From the NCBI GenBank assembly GCA_052246995.1, contig JBQPWD010000003.1:1-64000 (forward strand): DNA of 64,000 bases, read 5' to 3'. This document shows, piece by piece, positions 53,189 through 61,248 of the stretch (position 1 is the stretch's first letter; every line of letters starts with the position of its first letter). The stretch comes from Candidatus Bathyarchaeota archaeon (GTDB lineage: Archaea > Thermoproteota > Bathyarchaeia > Hecatellales > Hecatellaceae). Under the pieces are notes generated by a model. That model saw only the letters and a program-made list of their open reading frames with translations, searched no databases and had not been told where the DNA came from. The position numbers and the translations under genes are program-made.

Positions 53189-53857
53189 TTGCCTTTTAAT
53201 CCTGTTGATGAATTCTTTGACATTACCCATGAAGAAGGTGTCTTTCTTGTTAAACTTGCAAGAAATGCTATAACACAATATCTTCAAAGCTCAATTACAA
53301 TTAAACCTCCAAAGAATACCCCTGAAAAGTTAAAAAGAAAGTCCGGTGTTTTTGTAACATTAAACCTTATTGGAAAGGATGGGAGAAAAAATCTTAGAGG
53401 TTGTATAGGTTATCCTGAACCTGTACTTCCGTTAGTAAATGCAACAATCGATTCGGCTATAAATGCTGCTGTTGAAGACCCAAGATTTCCACCCTTAACT
53501 GTTGATGAGTTAGATAAAGTTGTTATTGAAGTAAGTGTTCTTACACCTCTTCAGCTAATCAGGGTTAGCAAACCTGAAGAATATCCCAAAAACATTAATG
53601 TTGGAGTTGACGGACTTGTAGTTGAATATAGATGGAACAAAGGTTTACTTCTTCCTCAAGTTCCAGTTGAGTATGGTTGGGATAGTGAAGAGTTTCTATC
53701 CCATTGTTGTATTAAAGCTGGTTTACCGCCGGATTACTGGCTTTTACCTGAAACAAAAATTTTTAAATTCACATGCATAATTGCGGAAGAATTGGAGCCA
53801 AATGGGCGGATTGTGGTTAAAAACTTGTGGAAAAATTCTGGTATAGCTAAAAACTAG
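53189..53857 (+). CDS. AMMECR1 family protein
   Basis: GVFVTL, LRGCIG, AAVEDPRF, EVSVLT, GLLLPQV. Confidence 0.93.
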   Translation: MPFNPVDEFFDITHEEGVFLVKLARNAITQYLQSSITIKPPKNTPEKLKRKSGVFVTLNLIGKDGRKNLRGCIGYPEPVLPLVNATIDSAINAAVEDPRFPPLTVDELDKVVIEVSVLTPLQLIRVSKPEEYPKNINVGVDGLVVEYRWNKGLLLPQVPVEYGWDSEEFLSHCCIKAGLPPDYWLLPETKIFKFTCIIAEELEPNGRIVVKNLWKNSGIAKN

Positions 53858-53859
53858 CT

Positions 53860-54462
53860 TTAAAGCCTATTTTTCCAAAAAAAATAGTCAATTGTTAGGT
53901 ACGACAACAATCCAAGTAGTATTCCCCCCACCAAATCTGTAGGGTAATGAGCATGTAAGGCTAACCTTGTTAGGGATACAAATGTAAGAAGTGTAATTGG
54001 TATAAACTTTTTATTCAATCTTTCATAGAAATACCACATTAAAACTGTGAATCTTGCTGCATGACCTGAAGGATATGAATATTCTTCAACGAAGCTTAAA
54101 ATGTTAGGTAATGTTGAAGTTAACATGCCTCCTTCAGGTCTTTCCACTCTAACTAAAATTTTGAATGCTAAAGTTAAGAATGTCACAAAAATGAACGCTA
54201 AAAGAAGTTTTAATGTTGCCTTACTTACTCTCCTTGTTAATGCTGACTCGTAGATAATCAGACAACCAATTATTGTTAAAGTTACAAGAAAATCTGCTAA
54301 ACTTGTAATTAGAAGCATTAAAGTTAAAGTTAAGCCTTGAAAACTTGGTATTAGCTTGACGATGTTAACCTCAAAGTTATAAAAAATTTTTAGCTTTACA
54401 ACTATAGTTAAACAGAATAGCAAGATTGATAAACCTGTTATGGCTTTCCATTTTGGAAACAA
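53860..54462 (-). CDS. PAP2 family membrane phosphatase
   Basis: K......RP, SYPSGH, TR.....HYPTD..GG. Confidence 0.9.
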   Translation of the reverse strand: MFPKWKAITGLSILLFCLTIVVKLKIFYNFEVNIVKLIPSFQGLTLTLMLLITSLADFLVTLTIIGCLIIYESALTRRVSKATLKLLLAFIFVTFLTLAFKILVRVERPEGGMLTSTLPNILSFVEEYSYPSGHAARFTVLMWYFYERLNKKFIPITLLTFVSLTRLALHAHYPTDLVGGILLGLLSYLTIDYFFWKNRL

Positions 54463-54558
54463 AAATTTAAACTTTTATCACCACTTCAAAACATCTAAAT
54501 AGCTAGTTTATATTTGGTGTAAATTAGAATAAGTCTTACCTTTAAAGGGTAAAAGATT

Positions 54559-55728
54559 TTGAAGGTATATATTGGTGTGTGCGGAATAGGGCTTGGACAT
54601 GTTAGTAGAGTTTTAGAAGTTGCAAGCAGACTTAAGGAAAAAGGATGTAAAATTCTTTTTTCAACCTATCTTGATGGTGCAGAATTGTTAAAAAGCGAAG
54701 AATTTAAACTTACCCTATCCCCACCTTTCTGGTATTGGGTTTGGCCTGATGGAACTGTTGATCCATGGAGGACGTTAAAATGGTTAAGTGGAAAACTTTT
54801 AATAAACTTTTTAAGTCAGTTAAAGTTTGAAATTAAAAAAATTGTAGAATTTAAACCTGATATTGTTTTTTCTGATAGCAGACTTTCACCAGTTTTTGCA
54901 GGAAAACTTTTAGGTTTAAAAGTTTTAACAATGCTAAACCAGTTTAACATAACCTTACCTGGGCTAATTCACTACAAGTTTTTACCACTTCTTGGAAAAA
55001 CTTTTTCCGGCTTAATAGGCCTTGCTTGGAGTTTAAGTGATAAAATTGTTATTCCAGACCTACCCCCGCCATACACGATTTCAGCTTTAAACCTAAACAT
55101 TCCAAAACACTTAAACAGCAAGGTTGAATACGTCGGACCAATCTTGCCAGTTAAGCCTGAAAATCTCCCAACAAGCGACAAAATTAGAGAAATGCTTAAT
55201 TTTGATGCTAAAAAACCTTTAATTTATGCTACGGTAAGCGGCCCAAGATGGGAAAAAATCTGGCTTGGCAGGAAACTTATAAAAATTTTTCAAAACTTTC
55301 CTGAAAAATATCAGGTTGTAGTTTCTCTTGGATTAAAAAACTCAAGTTTTTCAGAGTTTGGCGGTTGTAATAGTGAAAGGGTTAAAGTTTATGGTTGGCT
55401 TAAGGAAAGATTTGAAGTTTTAAAGGCATGTGACCTTATTGTTTGTAGAGCAGGTCATACAACAGTTCTTCAAGCTTTAAGTTATGGTAAACCCATGATT
55501 CTTTTACCTGCCCCTGAACAGTCAGAGCAGATTTATAATGCAAGAATTGCTTTAAAGCTTGGTATAGCAAAAATCCTCGACCAAAAATTTCTTAGTAAGG
55601 AAACTCTTTTATCTGCTGTTGATGAAATAGTTGCGGATGGTAGATACTTAAGAAGAGTTAAAAGGTTGATGCAGCTTGCTTTAAAGTTTGATGCTGTTGA
55701 AAAGATTGTCGACATGCTCATGAGGTAA
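54559..55728 (+). CDS. GT-B glycosyltransferase (MurG/GT28-like)
   Basis: CGIGLGHVSR, VGPI, RAGHTT..AL..GKP, EQ..NA. Confidence 0.88.
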   Translation: MKVYIGVCGIGLGHVSRVLEVASRLKEKGCKILFSTYLDGAELLKSEEFKLTLSPPFWYWVWPDGTVDPWRTLKWLSGKLLINFLSQLKFEIKKIVEFKPDIVFSDSRLSPVFAGKLLGLKVLTMLNQFNITLPGLIHYKFLPLLGKTFSGLIGLAWSLSDKIVIPDLPPPYTISALNLNIPKHLNSKVEYVGPILPVKPENLPTSDKIREMLNFDAKKPLIYATVSGPRWEKIWLGRKLIKIFQNFPEKYQVVVSLGLKNSSFSEFGGCNSERVKVYGWLKERFEVLKACDLIVCRAGHTTVLQALSYGKPMILLPAPEQSEQIYNARIALKLGIAKILDQKFLSKETLLSAVDEIVADGRYLRRVKRLMQLALKFDAVEKIVDMLMR

Positions 55729-55744
55729 AATCAGATTTTTCTGG

Positions 55745-56116
55745 TTAATTCTCACAGTGTTCCTGCTTCATCCTTAATTTTTCATGTTTTGGGCATAAAT
55801 GAATACATTCAAGATTAACACTTTTTTGGCATGCCAACATGCCATTTTCAAATTTTGGTTTATAATTTTCACATTCATCCCAAGGTTCAACAATACCTTT
55901 ACCATAAAAACATACTCTTTTACGTAAAACTTCGCTAAGCCTTAAAGGTTTTATTGTTTCCCAATCCCAAGCTTCAATTTTGATGACTGTTTCTCTAAAA
56001 ACAACCTCTACAAACTCGTTTTTTAAAGGTTTTTTCCTCACATCAATAGGCACCTTTTTTGACGCAAAATCCCAGTAAAAGCAGGAAAAACAGCATTTAA
56101 CCATTTTTACCATCAA
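55745..56116 (-). CDS. Hypothetical cysteine-rich protein
   Basis: 123-aa ORF with CCFSC, C...C and C......C...C...H clusters; no recognised family. Confidence 0.6.
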   Translation of the reverse strand: MMVKMVKCCFSCFYWDFASKKVPIDVRKKPLKNEFVEVVFRETVIKIEAWDWETIKPLRLSEVLRKRVCFYGKGIVEPWDECENYKPKFENGMLACQKSVNLECIHLCPKHEKLRMKQEHCEN

Positions 56117-56291
56117 AAAGTAGTAAGTGTAAGCTACAATTATAGGTTCATCACCTTATATTTTAAGCATTTTAAGTTTTTCTGGTTAGTAAATCCAGGT
56201 TTTTCTCTAGCAAATAAAGCATTAACCCTCCAGCGAAGCTTAAAAAAGCCATAATAGAGATTTTTAGAAAACATCGAAAGATTTCTGTTGT

Positions 56292-57461
56292 TTAAACCTT
56301 GCATGATTTAACATTTTTAACAAGATTATCAATAACTTCTTCCACATAATTTTCTTCTACAATTTTTTTTAGTATTTTAACATCTAACTTTTCAATATTT
56401 TGTGGTAAAGTAAACTCAAAGAATTCTTTTTTAACTTCTCTTTCAAATCCTAACTCTTTAATCAGTTTATCTAGCTCTTCACGGGTTAAACCTATGGTTG
56501 GATGAAAAAGTGGCAAGTCTGAAAAATTTTCGAGAATTGTTAAAAATTTTAAGACTTGGATTGGATTGTTTTGTAAATTAAATCCGGTAACAATTCCTAA
56601 ACTATTTTTAACTCTTGCAAATTTACACATAAACTTTATAGCAAGAATTTGCTGTAAAAGCATTTTTAACTCTAAATCCAAGTTTTCAGGTATAGCTTTG
56701 TAAACCATGTTGAAGGGCGCGATAAAAACTCTAAAATTTTTGTATGGAATAAATTCTCTTAGAACATTTATAAATGGAATTTCTTTGCAAAGATTTTCCT
56801 CGTTGGTGTTAAGGTATACTGGTATAGGTGAAACGCCTCTCTTCATCATAAGCCATATTGCTAATGCGTGGTGAGGATTTTTTCCAAGAAAAGTTACAAG
56901 TTTACCTTGGCTGCCAACTGGAAGTCCACCATAACCCTTAAAAATTTTCCAGTAGATATAGCTAAAATCCCCCCTAACTTCAATAAAAAATGTTTTATCA
57001 GATTTTTCTAAGTCAACTTTAACGTTTTTTTCCTTACCAAGTTTTTCAAGTATTTCAGCACCAACTAATTTTTCAATATCCTTACTTGTGTAGGGATGCT
57101 CTCCAACTCTTCTAGCTTTAACAGCAAAGCTTTCGTTAAAGCTTAAAACATTTGAAGCAACACTTAAAGCTAAACCTACAATATCCTTAATGTTTACAGA
57201 TGTTTTAAATACTGGCGCTGTAAAATCTACACCAAAAATTTTAGCTAAAACTTTGCAGGCATCTTCAGCTTTAGCATCCTCAACAAATATTCTTCCACCT
57301 TCCTTGGTAACCTTACCAAAACTTAACCCTGACATTTTAAGCTTATTTTTAACATGGTTTATCAAGATTTTTTCAAGATTTCTTCTAACAATGCTGCTTT
57401 TAAGTAAAATCTCAGAGTAGGATACAAGAATTGTTGAAGTTTCACCTGAAGAACTTGGCAA
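56292..57461 (-). CDS. thiI: ThiI-like THUMP-domain protein with a degenerate PP-loop
   Basis: YSEI.LKS..VR, THUMP (SFAVKARR.G.H, VDL..D), GGLPVGSQGK, WLMMKRG. SGGxDS is replaced by GKNPHH. Confidence 0.75.
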   Translation of the reverse strand: MPSSSGETSTILVSYSEILLKSSIVRRNLEKILINHVKNKLKMSGLSFGKVTKEGGRIFVEDAKAEDACKVLAKIFGVDFTAPVFKTSVNIKDIVGLALSVASNVLSFNESFAVKARRVGEHPYTSKDIEKLVGAEILEKLGKEKNVKVDLEKSDKTFFIEVRGDFSYIYWKIFKGYGGLPVGSQGKLVTFLGKNPHHALAIWLMMKRGVSPIPVYLNTNEENLCKEIPFINVLREFIPYKNFRVFIAPFNMVYKAIPENLDLELKMLLQQILAIKFMCKFARVKNSLGIVTGFNLQNNPIQVLKFLTILENFSDLPLFHPTIGLTREELDKLIKELGFEREVKKEFFEFTLPQNIEKLDVKILKKIVEENYVEEVIDNLVKNVKSCKV

Positions 57462-57544
57462 TTATTTTTGGCACCATTAGAGTTCTAGCTTAAAATCTAA
57501 TGTAAACTCCCTACATTTAAGCCTATTTAGAAAAATAGAAATAA

Positions 57545-57552
57545 CCTATATA
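57545..57552 (+). promoter_or_regulatory. TATA-like box for the C/D sRNA
   Basis: CCTATATA preceded by a purine-rich BRE-like tract, about 25 nt upstream of the sRNA 5' region. Confidence 0.45.
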
Positions 57553-57573
57553 GCAGAGTATTGTATCCTACCT

Positions 57574-57634
57574 TATGTTGATGAAGAAACCTGACAAGCC
57601 TGATTAAATGAGGAGTCAGAGTTAATCTGAAACA
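57574..57634 (+). ncRNA. Box C/D methylation guide sRNA, both guides predicted to target 23S rRNA domain IV
   Basis: C TTGATGA 57578-57584, D' CTGA 57600-57603, C' ATGAGGA 57608-57614, D CTGA 57627-57630. The guides complement conserved 23S segments CUUGUCGGGU and UAACUCUGAC (recalled consensus). Confidence 0.85.
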
Positions 57635-58278
57635 ATCTTCTTAAGAATATTTTCAATGTTTTTTGCAACTTCCTCTATTTCTTTGTTACCGTCAACGTTT
57701 TTCAGCAAACCCTTTGTTTCATAATAATCTATTAAAGGTTTTGTTTGTTTTCTGTAAACCTCCAACCTATTTCTTATGCTTTCCTCTTTATCATCGTCTC
57801 TCTGGTAAAGTTCTCCGCCGCATTTATCACATCTTCCCGGAAACTTTGGAGGGTTGAATGTTAAATGATAAATTGCACCGCAAGTCTTGCAAACTCTTCT
57901 ATTTGAAAGTCTCCTAATAATCTCTCCTTCGTCAACTTCGAGATTTAAAACAACATCAATTTTACTGTTAATTTCCTTAAGAAACTTATCTAAAGCTTTA
58001 GCTTGAATTAATGTTCTTGGAAAACCATCAAGCAAAAAATTTTTTCCACCAATTTCAGCAAGCTTCTCATTAATAATGCCTATCACAACCTCATCGGGTA
58101 CAAGCTCACCTTTAACCATGTATTCCTTAGCTTTTCTACCAAGCTCGGTTTGCCTAGCTACAGCTTCCCTAAGAATATCTCCAGTAGCTATATGTACAAC
58201 ATTAAACTTTTTAACAATTTTCTCAGCTTGAGTACCTTTACCAGCACCAGGAGGACCAAAAATTATGACATTCATCAC
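57622..58278 (-). CDS. adk: Adenylate kinase, bacterial-type with Zn-binding LID
   Basis: GPPGAGKGTQ, TGDILR, GELVPD, LDGFPRT, CKTC...CDKC, QRDDD. Confidence 0.96.
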   Translation of the reverse strand: MMNVIIFGPPGAGKGTQAEKIVKKFNVVHIATGDILREAVARQTELGRKAKEYMVKGELVPDEVVIGIINEKLAEIGGKNFLLDGFPRTLIQAKALDKFLKEINSKIDVVLNLEVDEGEIIRRLSNRRVCKTCGAIYHLTFNPPKFPGRCDKCGGELYQRDDDKEESIRNRLEVYRKQTKPLIDYYETKGLLKNVDGNKEIEEVAKNIENILKKIVSD

Positions 58279-58344
58279 TAGCTTTTACATACTTAAGATG
58301 TTATCTTTAAAACTTTTGCTTAAAATAAGCTTGGCACTTAACTT

Positions 58345-58406
58345 TTTCTCAGACCTTTCAAGCATCATCATCCAAGTTTGTCAGAATAGCCAAACTCCTC
58401 ATAACA
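58345..58406 (-). ncRNA. Box C/D methylation guide sRNA
   Basis: Minus strand reads ATGAGGA-GTTTGGCTATT-CTGA-CAAACTTGG-ATGATGA-TGCTTGAAAGGT-CTGA. All four boxes are present with 11-12 nt guides in intergenic DNA. Confidence 0.85.
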
Positions 58407-58511
58407 AGTAAATAAAATATCTACAATTCAATATTAAGTTTAACACCTGATAGTAAATTAAAATTAAGCTTCAACAAACCATAAATTTCTGGAAAACATT
58501 TAACATACTGA

Positions 58512-58599
58512 GCGGCGGTGACCGAGCCAGGTCAAAGGTGGAGGACTCAAGATCCTCTCCCGTAGGGGTTCGCAGGTTCAAATCCTGCCCGCCGCACCA
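58512..58599 (+). tRNA. tRNA-Leu(CAA), intronless, CCA encoded
   Basis: Acceptor GCGGCGG/CCGCCGC, anticodon arm GAGGA-CT-CAA-GA-TCCTC, long variable arm, GCAGG-TTCAAAT-CCTGC T arm, discriminator A followed by CCA. Confidence 0.97.
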
Positions 58600-59282
58600 A
58601 AAAAGCCAATTTAACATAATTCTCCAAAAGAAGCCTTAAACGAGCCCCGGTTGTAACAATCCTTTAAGCTAACATGAAAAGGTTAACATTAACAAAAAAT
58701 ACCAGTAGTTTAGGCTTAGTAAACTGGCAACAATGTTTCCATTAATGATTTTTAATGTAATTCTACGAGGAGGGAGCTCTCAATGTTTAAATGTTGAAAC
58801 ATGCTTAAATTTTTGAATTTTTACAAAGCTAATACCCAACTACTCATCGTATTTTCATAGATCCGTGTTTTCTCCAAACTCCTAAATTTTAACCAATCTT
58901 GCAGTTTTAGATTGTTTGGTGTTTCGGTGTCAAATAATCAAAGATTTTTATTTTTACAAGCTTTACCCATTTCTTAAGAATTCTTAATTTCTTAACCCTG
59001 AGTTTTCAAATTTTTGGGTTTATATGGTATGATTATGGTAGATGTTTTCACCGGGGTGGTGCGTAAACAACCTAAAACTTTCTCAATGTAGGTAAAATTT
59101 ACACCGTTAAAAAGCCTATAAAACTCTTTGGGGATGTGGACAGGAAACACAAGGGTCAAGGTTTTGCCTTAAATGTTGGAAAGAGATGAGTGGTGGTAAA
59201 ACTTACTTGAAAGTTTAGAAGCATCTCTTTTATGAATATTTTTTAAATAGATGAGTATAACTCTGTTTTTGTAGGTGTAAGT

Positions 59283-59735
59283 ATGAGGGTTGCTGTTGGT
59301 TCAGATGACCTTTATGATGTTGCAAGATTTATTGTAGAGGAGTTTGAGAGGAAGGGTTTTAAGGTTGTGAAGGTTGGGGCTCTTAAAACTGGCAGTCTTT
59401 ACCCGTGGCCCAGCGTCGGTTTTGAAGTTGGAAAACTAGTAGCTAACGGTGAAGTTGATTTTGGAGTTGTTGTTTGTTACACCGGAACCGGTGTAGCCAT
59501 TGCTGCTAATAAAGTTAAGGGTGTGAGAGCTGCTCTTTGTGTAGATGCAGAGACAGCTAAAGGAGCTAGAAAATGGAATGATGCAAACGTGCTTGCTATA
59601 AGTGCTAGGCTTGTAACCACTATACTAGCTAGGGAAATAATTGAAGCATGGTTAGAAACTAGGGAGATAGATAGTGGAGAGGTTGATAACATAAAAATGG
59701 TTAAAAGGTATGAAGCTGGTAAATTAGACTTTTAA
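59283..59735 (+). CDS. rpiB: RpiB/LacA/LacB family sugar-phosphate isomerase (divergent)
   Basis: VAVGSD, CYTGTG.AIAANKVKGVRAA, WNDANVL. Confidence 0.8.
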   Translation: MRVAVGSDDLYDVARFIVEEFERKGFKVVKVGALKTGSLYPWPSVGFEVGKLVANGEVDFGVVVCYTGTGVAIAANKVKGVRAALCVDAETAKGARKWNDANVLAISARLVTTILAREIIEAWLETREIDSGEVDNIKMVKRYEAGKLDF

Positions 59736-60151
59736 ATGTACCCTGCATCCTCCAATGCCTTTCTTGTTGTTGATACAAGTTGAAGTTTTTTAGCTTCCTC
59801 AGGATTGAACCATCTTACATCTAAAACCTCATGGTTTGGTTTTAGTTTTTCCTCCTCACTCTTACACTCACAAACAAAACATATAATAGCATAGTGTCTC
59901 TCAATTTCCCCTGAAACCTCATTTTTAATCATTAGATTATAAACCCCAAGAAGCTTTTTAATTTCGATATTTAAACCTGTTTCCTCTTTAATCTCCCTTA
60001 TAGCTGTTTCTTCCACGGTTTCTCCGTGTTCAACTATTCCTCCAGGTAAAGCCCACCAGCCTGGATGAGGTTGAAATCTTCTTTTAACAAGCAAAATTTT
60101 CCCGTTTTTCTCAATTAAGGCAGAAGATGCAACAATAGGCCTTTTCTTCAA
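59732..60151 (-). CDS. Nudix hydrolase
   Basis: Nudix box GGIVEHGETVEETAIREIKEETGL. Confidence 0.93.
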   Translation of the reverse strand: MKKRPIVASSALIEKNGKILLVKRRFQPHPGWWALPGGIVEHGETVEETAIREIKEETGLNIEIKKLLGVYNLMIKNEVSGEIERHYAIICFVCECKSEEEKLKPNHEVLDVRWFNPEEAKKLQLVSTTRKALEDAGYI

Positions 60152-60159
60152 AACAAACC

Positions 60160-61245
60160 TTACCCCTCTAAATTATGTATAGGAAAAATTCTTCTTTTTA
60201 ATTCTTCAACTACTCTCTTAACAACAACAAATTTTTTCTCATCTTTCATAGGTTTAAAAGTGTCTGTAAGTTCAATATAATCTTCTTTTCTAACTTCAAC
60301 CTCACTTATAGTTATAAACATTAAAGCCCAGCATCTAGCAGTGTTTTTAATGTTATACCCTCCGCCACCAACCACAATCAGCCTACCCCCTGAAAATTGA
60401 TGAGCCAAATTATGAAGACTTTTAGCAATATCAACATATGTTCTTGTTGTTAAAGTTAAACCTACAAGCGGGTCTTGGTAGTGTCCATCAACACCAAACT
60501 GGGTTATAATTCCCTCAGGCTTGTAGGCTCTAATTAAAGGCTCCACAACCTCTCTAAGACAGTAAAGATATGCTTCATCATCAACTCCTACAGGTAGCGG
60601 TATGTTTACATTATAACCATAACCTTCCCCAACCCCTACTTCATCAATTCTACCTGTTCCAGGGTAGAATATTCCATCGTATCTATGGGTTGAAATTTTA
60701 AGAATAGGTTCACTGTAGAGTATTTGTTGTGTTCCATCAGCATGATGACCGTCAACATCAATTATTGCAATTCTTTTAACATTAAACTTTTTCTGTAAAA
60801 CTTTAACAGCTACAGCAATATCATTAAAAACACAAAAACCAGCTGCAGAATTTTCTTTTGCATGGTGTAATCCCCCACCAGGGTTGAATGCATGAGAAAC
60901 TTCTTCACTCATAACTAACTCAGCAGCTTTAATTGTTCCTCCTACCCTCCAACATGCTCCCTCAAAAACACCCCTTCTTGCAGGCGTATCTCCATAATCA
61001 AGGTAGCCTAAACTTATATCACACCTTCTTTTTACATACTCAATGTAGGTTTTTGTATGAACTAATTGTAACTCTTCATTGGAAGCTGGCCTAGCTTCAA
61101 AAATCTTAGCTTTACCGTTAAACACGTTCAACCGCTTAAGAATTTCTAGGGTAAGTTTCTCTCTTATCGGCTGGAAGGGATGTTCCTCGCCGAAAAAGTA
61201 TTTTTCATATTCTTGATGATAAACGAATCCTGTAAGATTACCCAT
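60160..61245 (-). CDS. acuC: Zn-dependent deacetylase, HDAC/AcuC family
   Basis: HPF..R, GGLHHA, GFCVFND, DVDGHHADGT, GVDGH..DPL, GGGGY. Confidence 0.9.
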   Translation of the reverse strand: MGNLTGFVYHQEYEKYFFGEEHPFQPIREKLTLEILKRLNVFNGKAKIFEARPASNEELQLVHTKTYIEYVKRRCDISLGYLDYGDTPARRGVFEGACWRVGGTIKAAELVMSEEVSHAFNPGGGLHHAKENSAAGFCVFNDIAVAVKVLQKKFNVKRIAIIDVDGHHADGTQQILYSEPILKISTHRYDGIFYPGTGRIDEVGVGEGYGYNVNIPLPVGVDDEAYLYCLREVVEPLIRAYKPEGIITQFGVDGHYQDPLVGLTLTTRTYVDIAKSLHNLAHQFSGGRLIVVGGGGYNIKNTARCWALMFITISEVEVRKEDYIELTDTFKPMKDEKKFVVVKRVVEELKRRIFPIHNLEG

Positions 61246-61248
61246 AAA

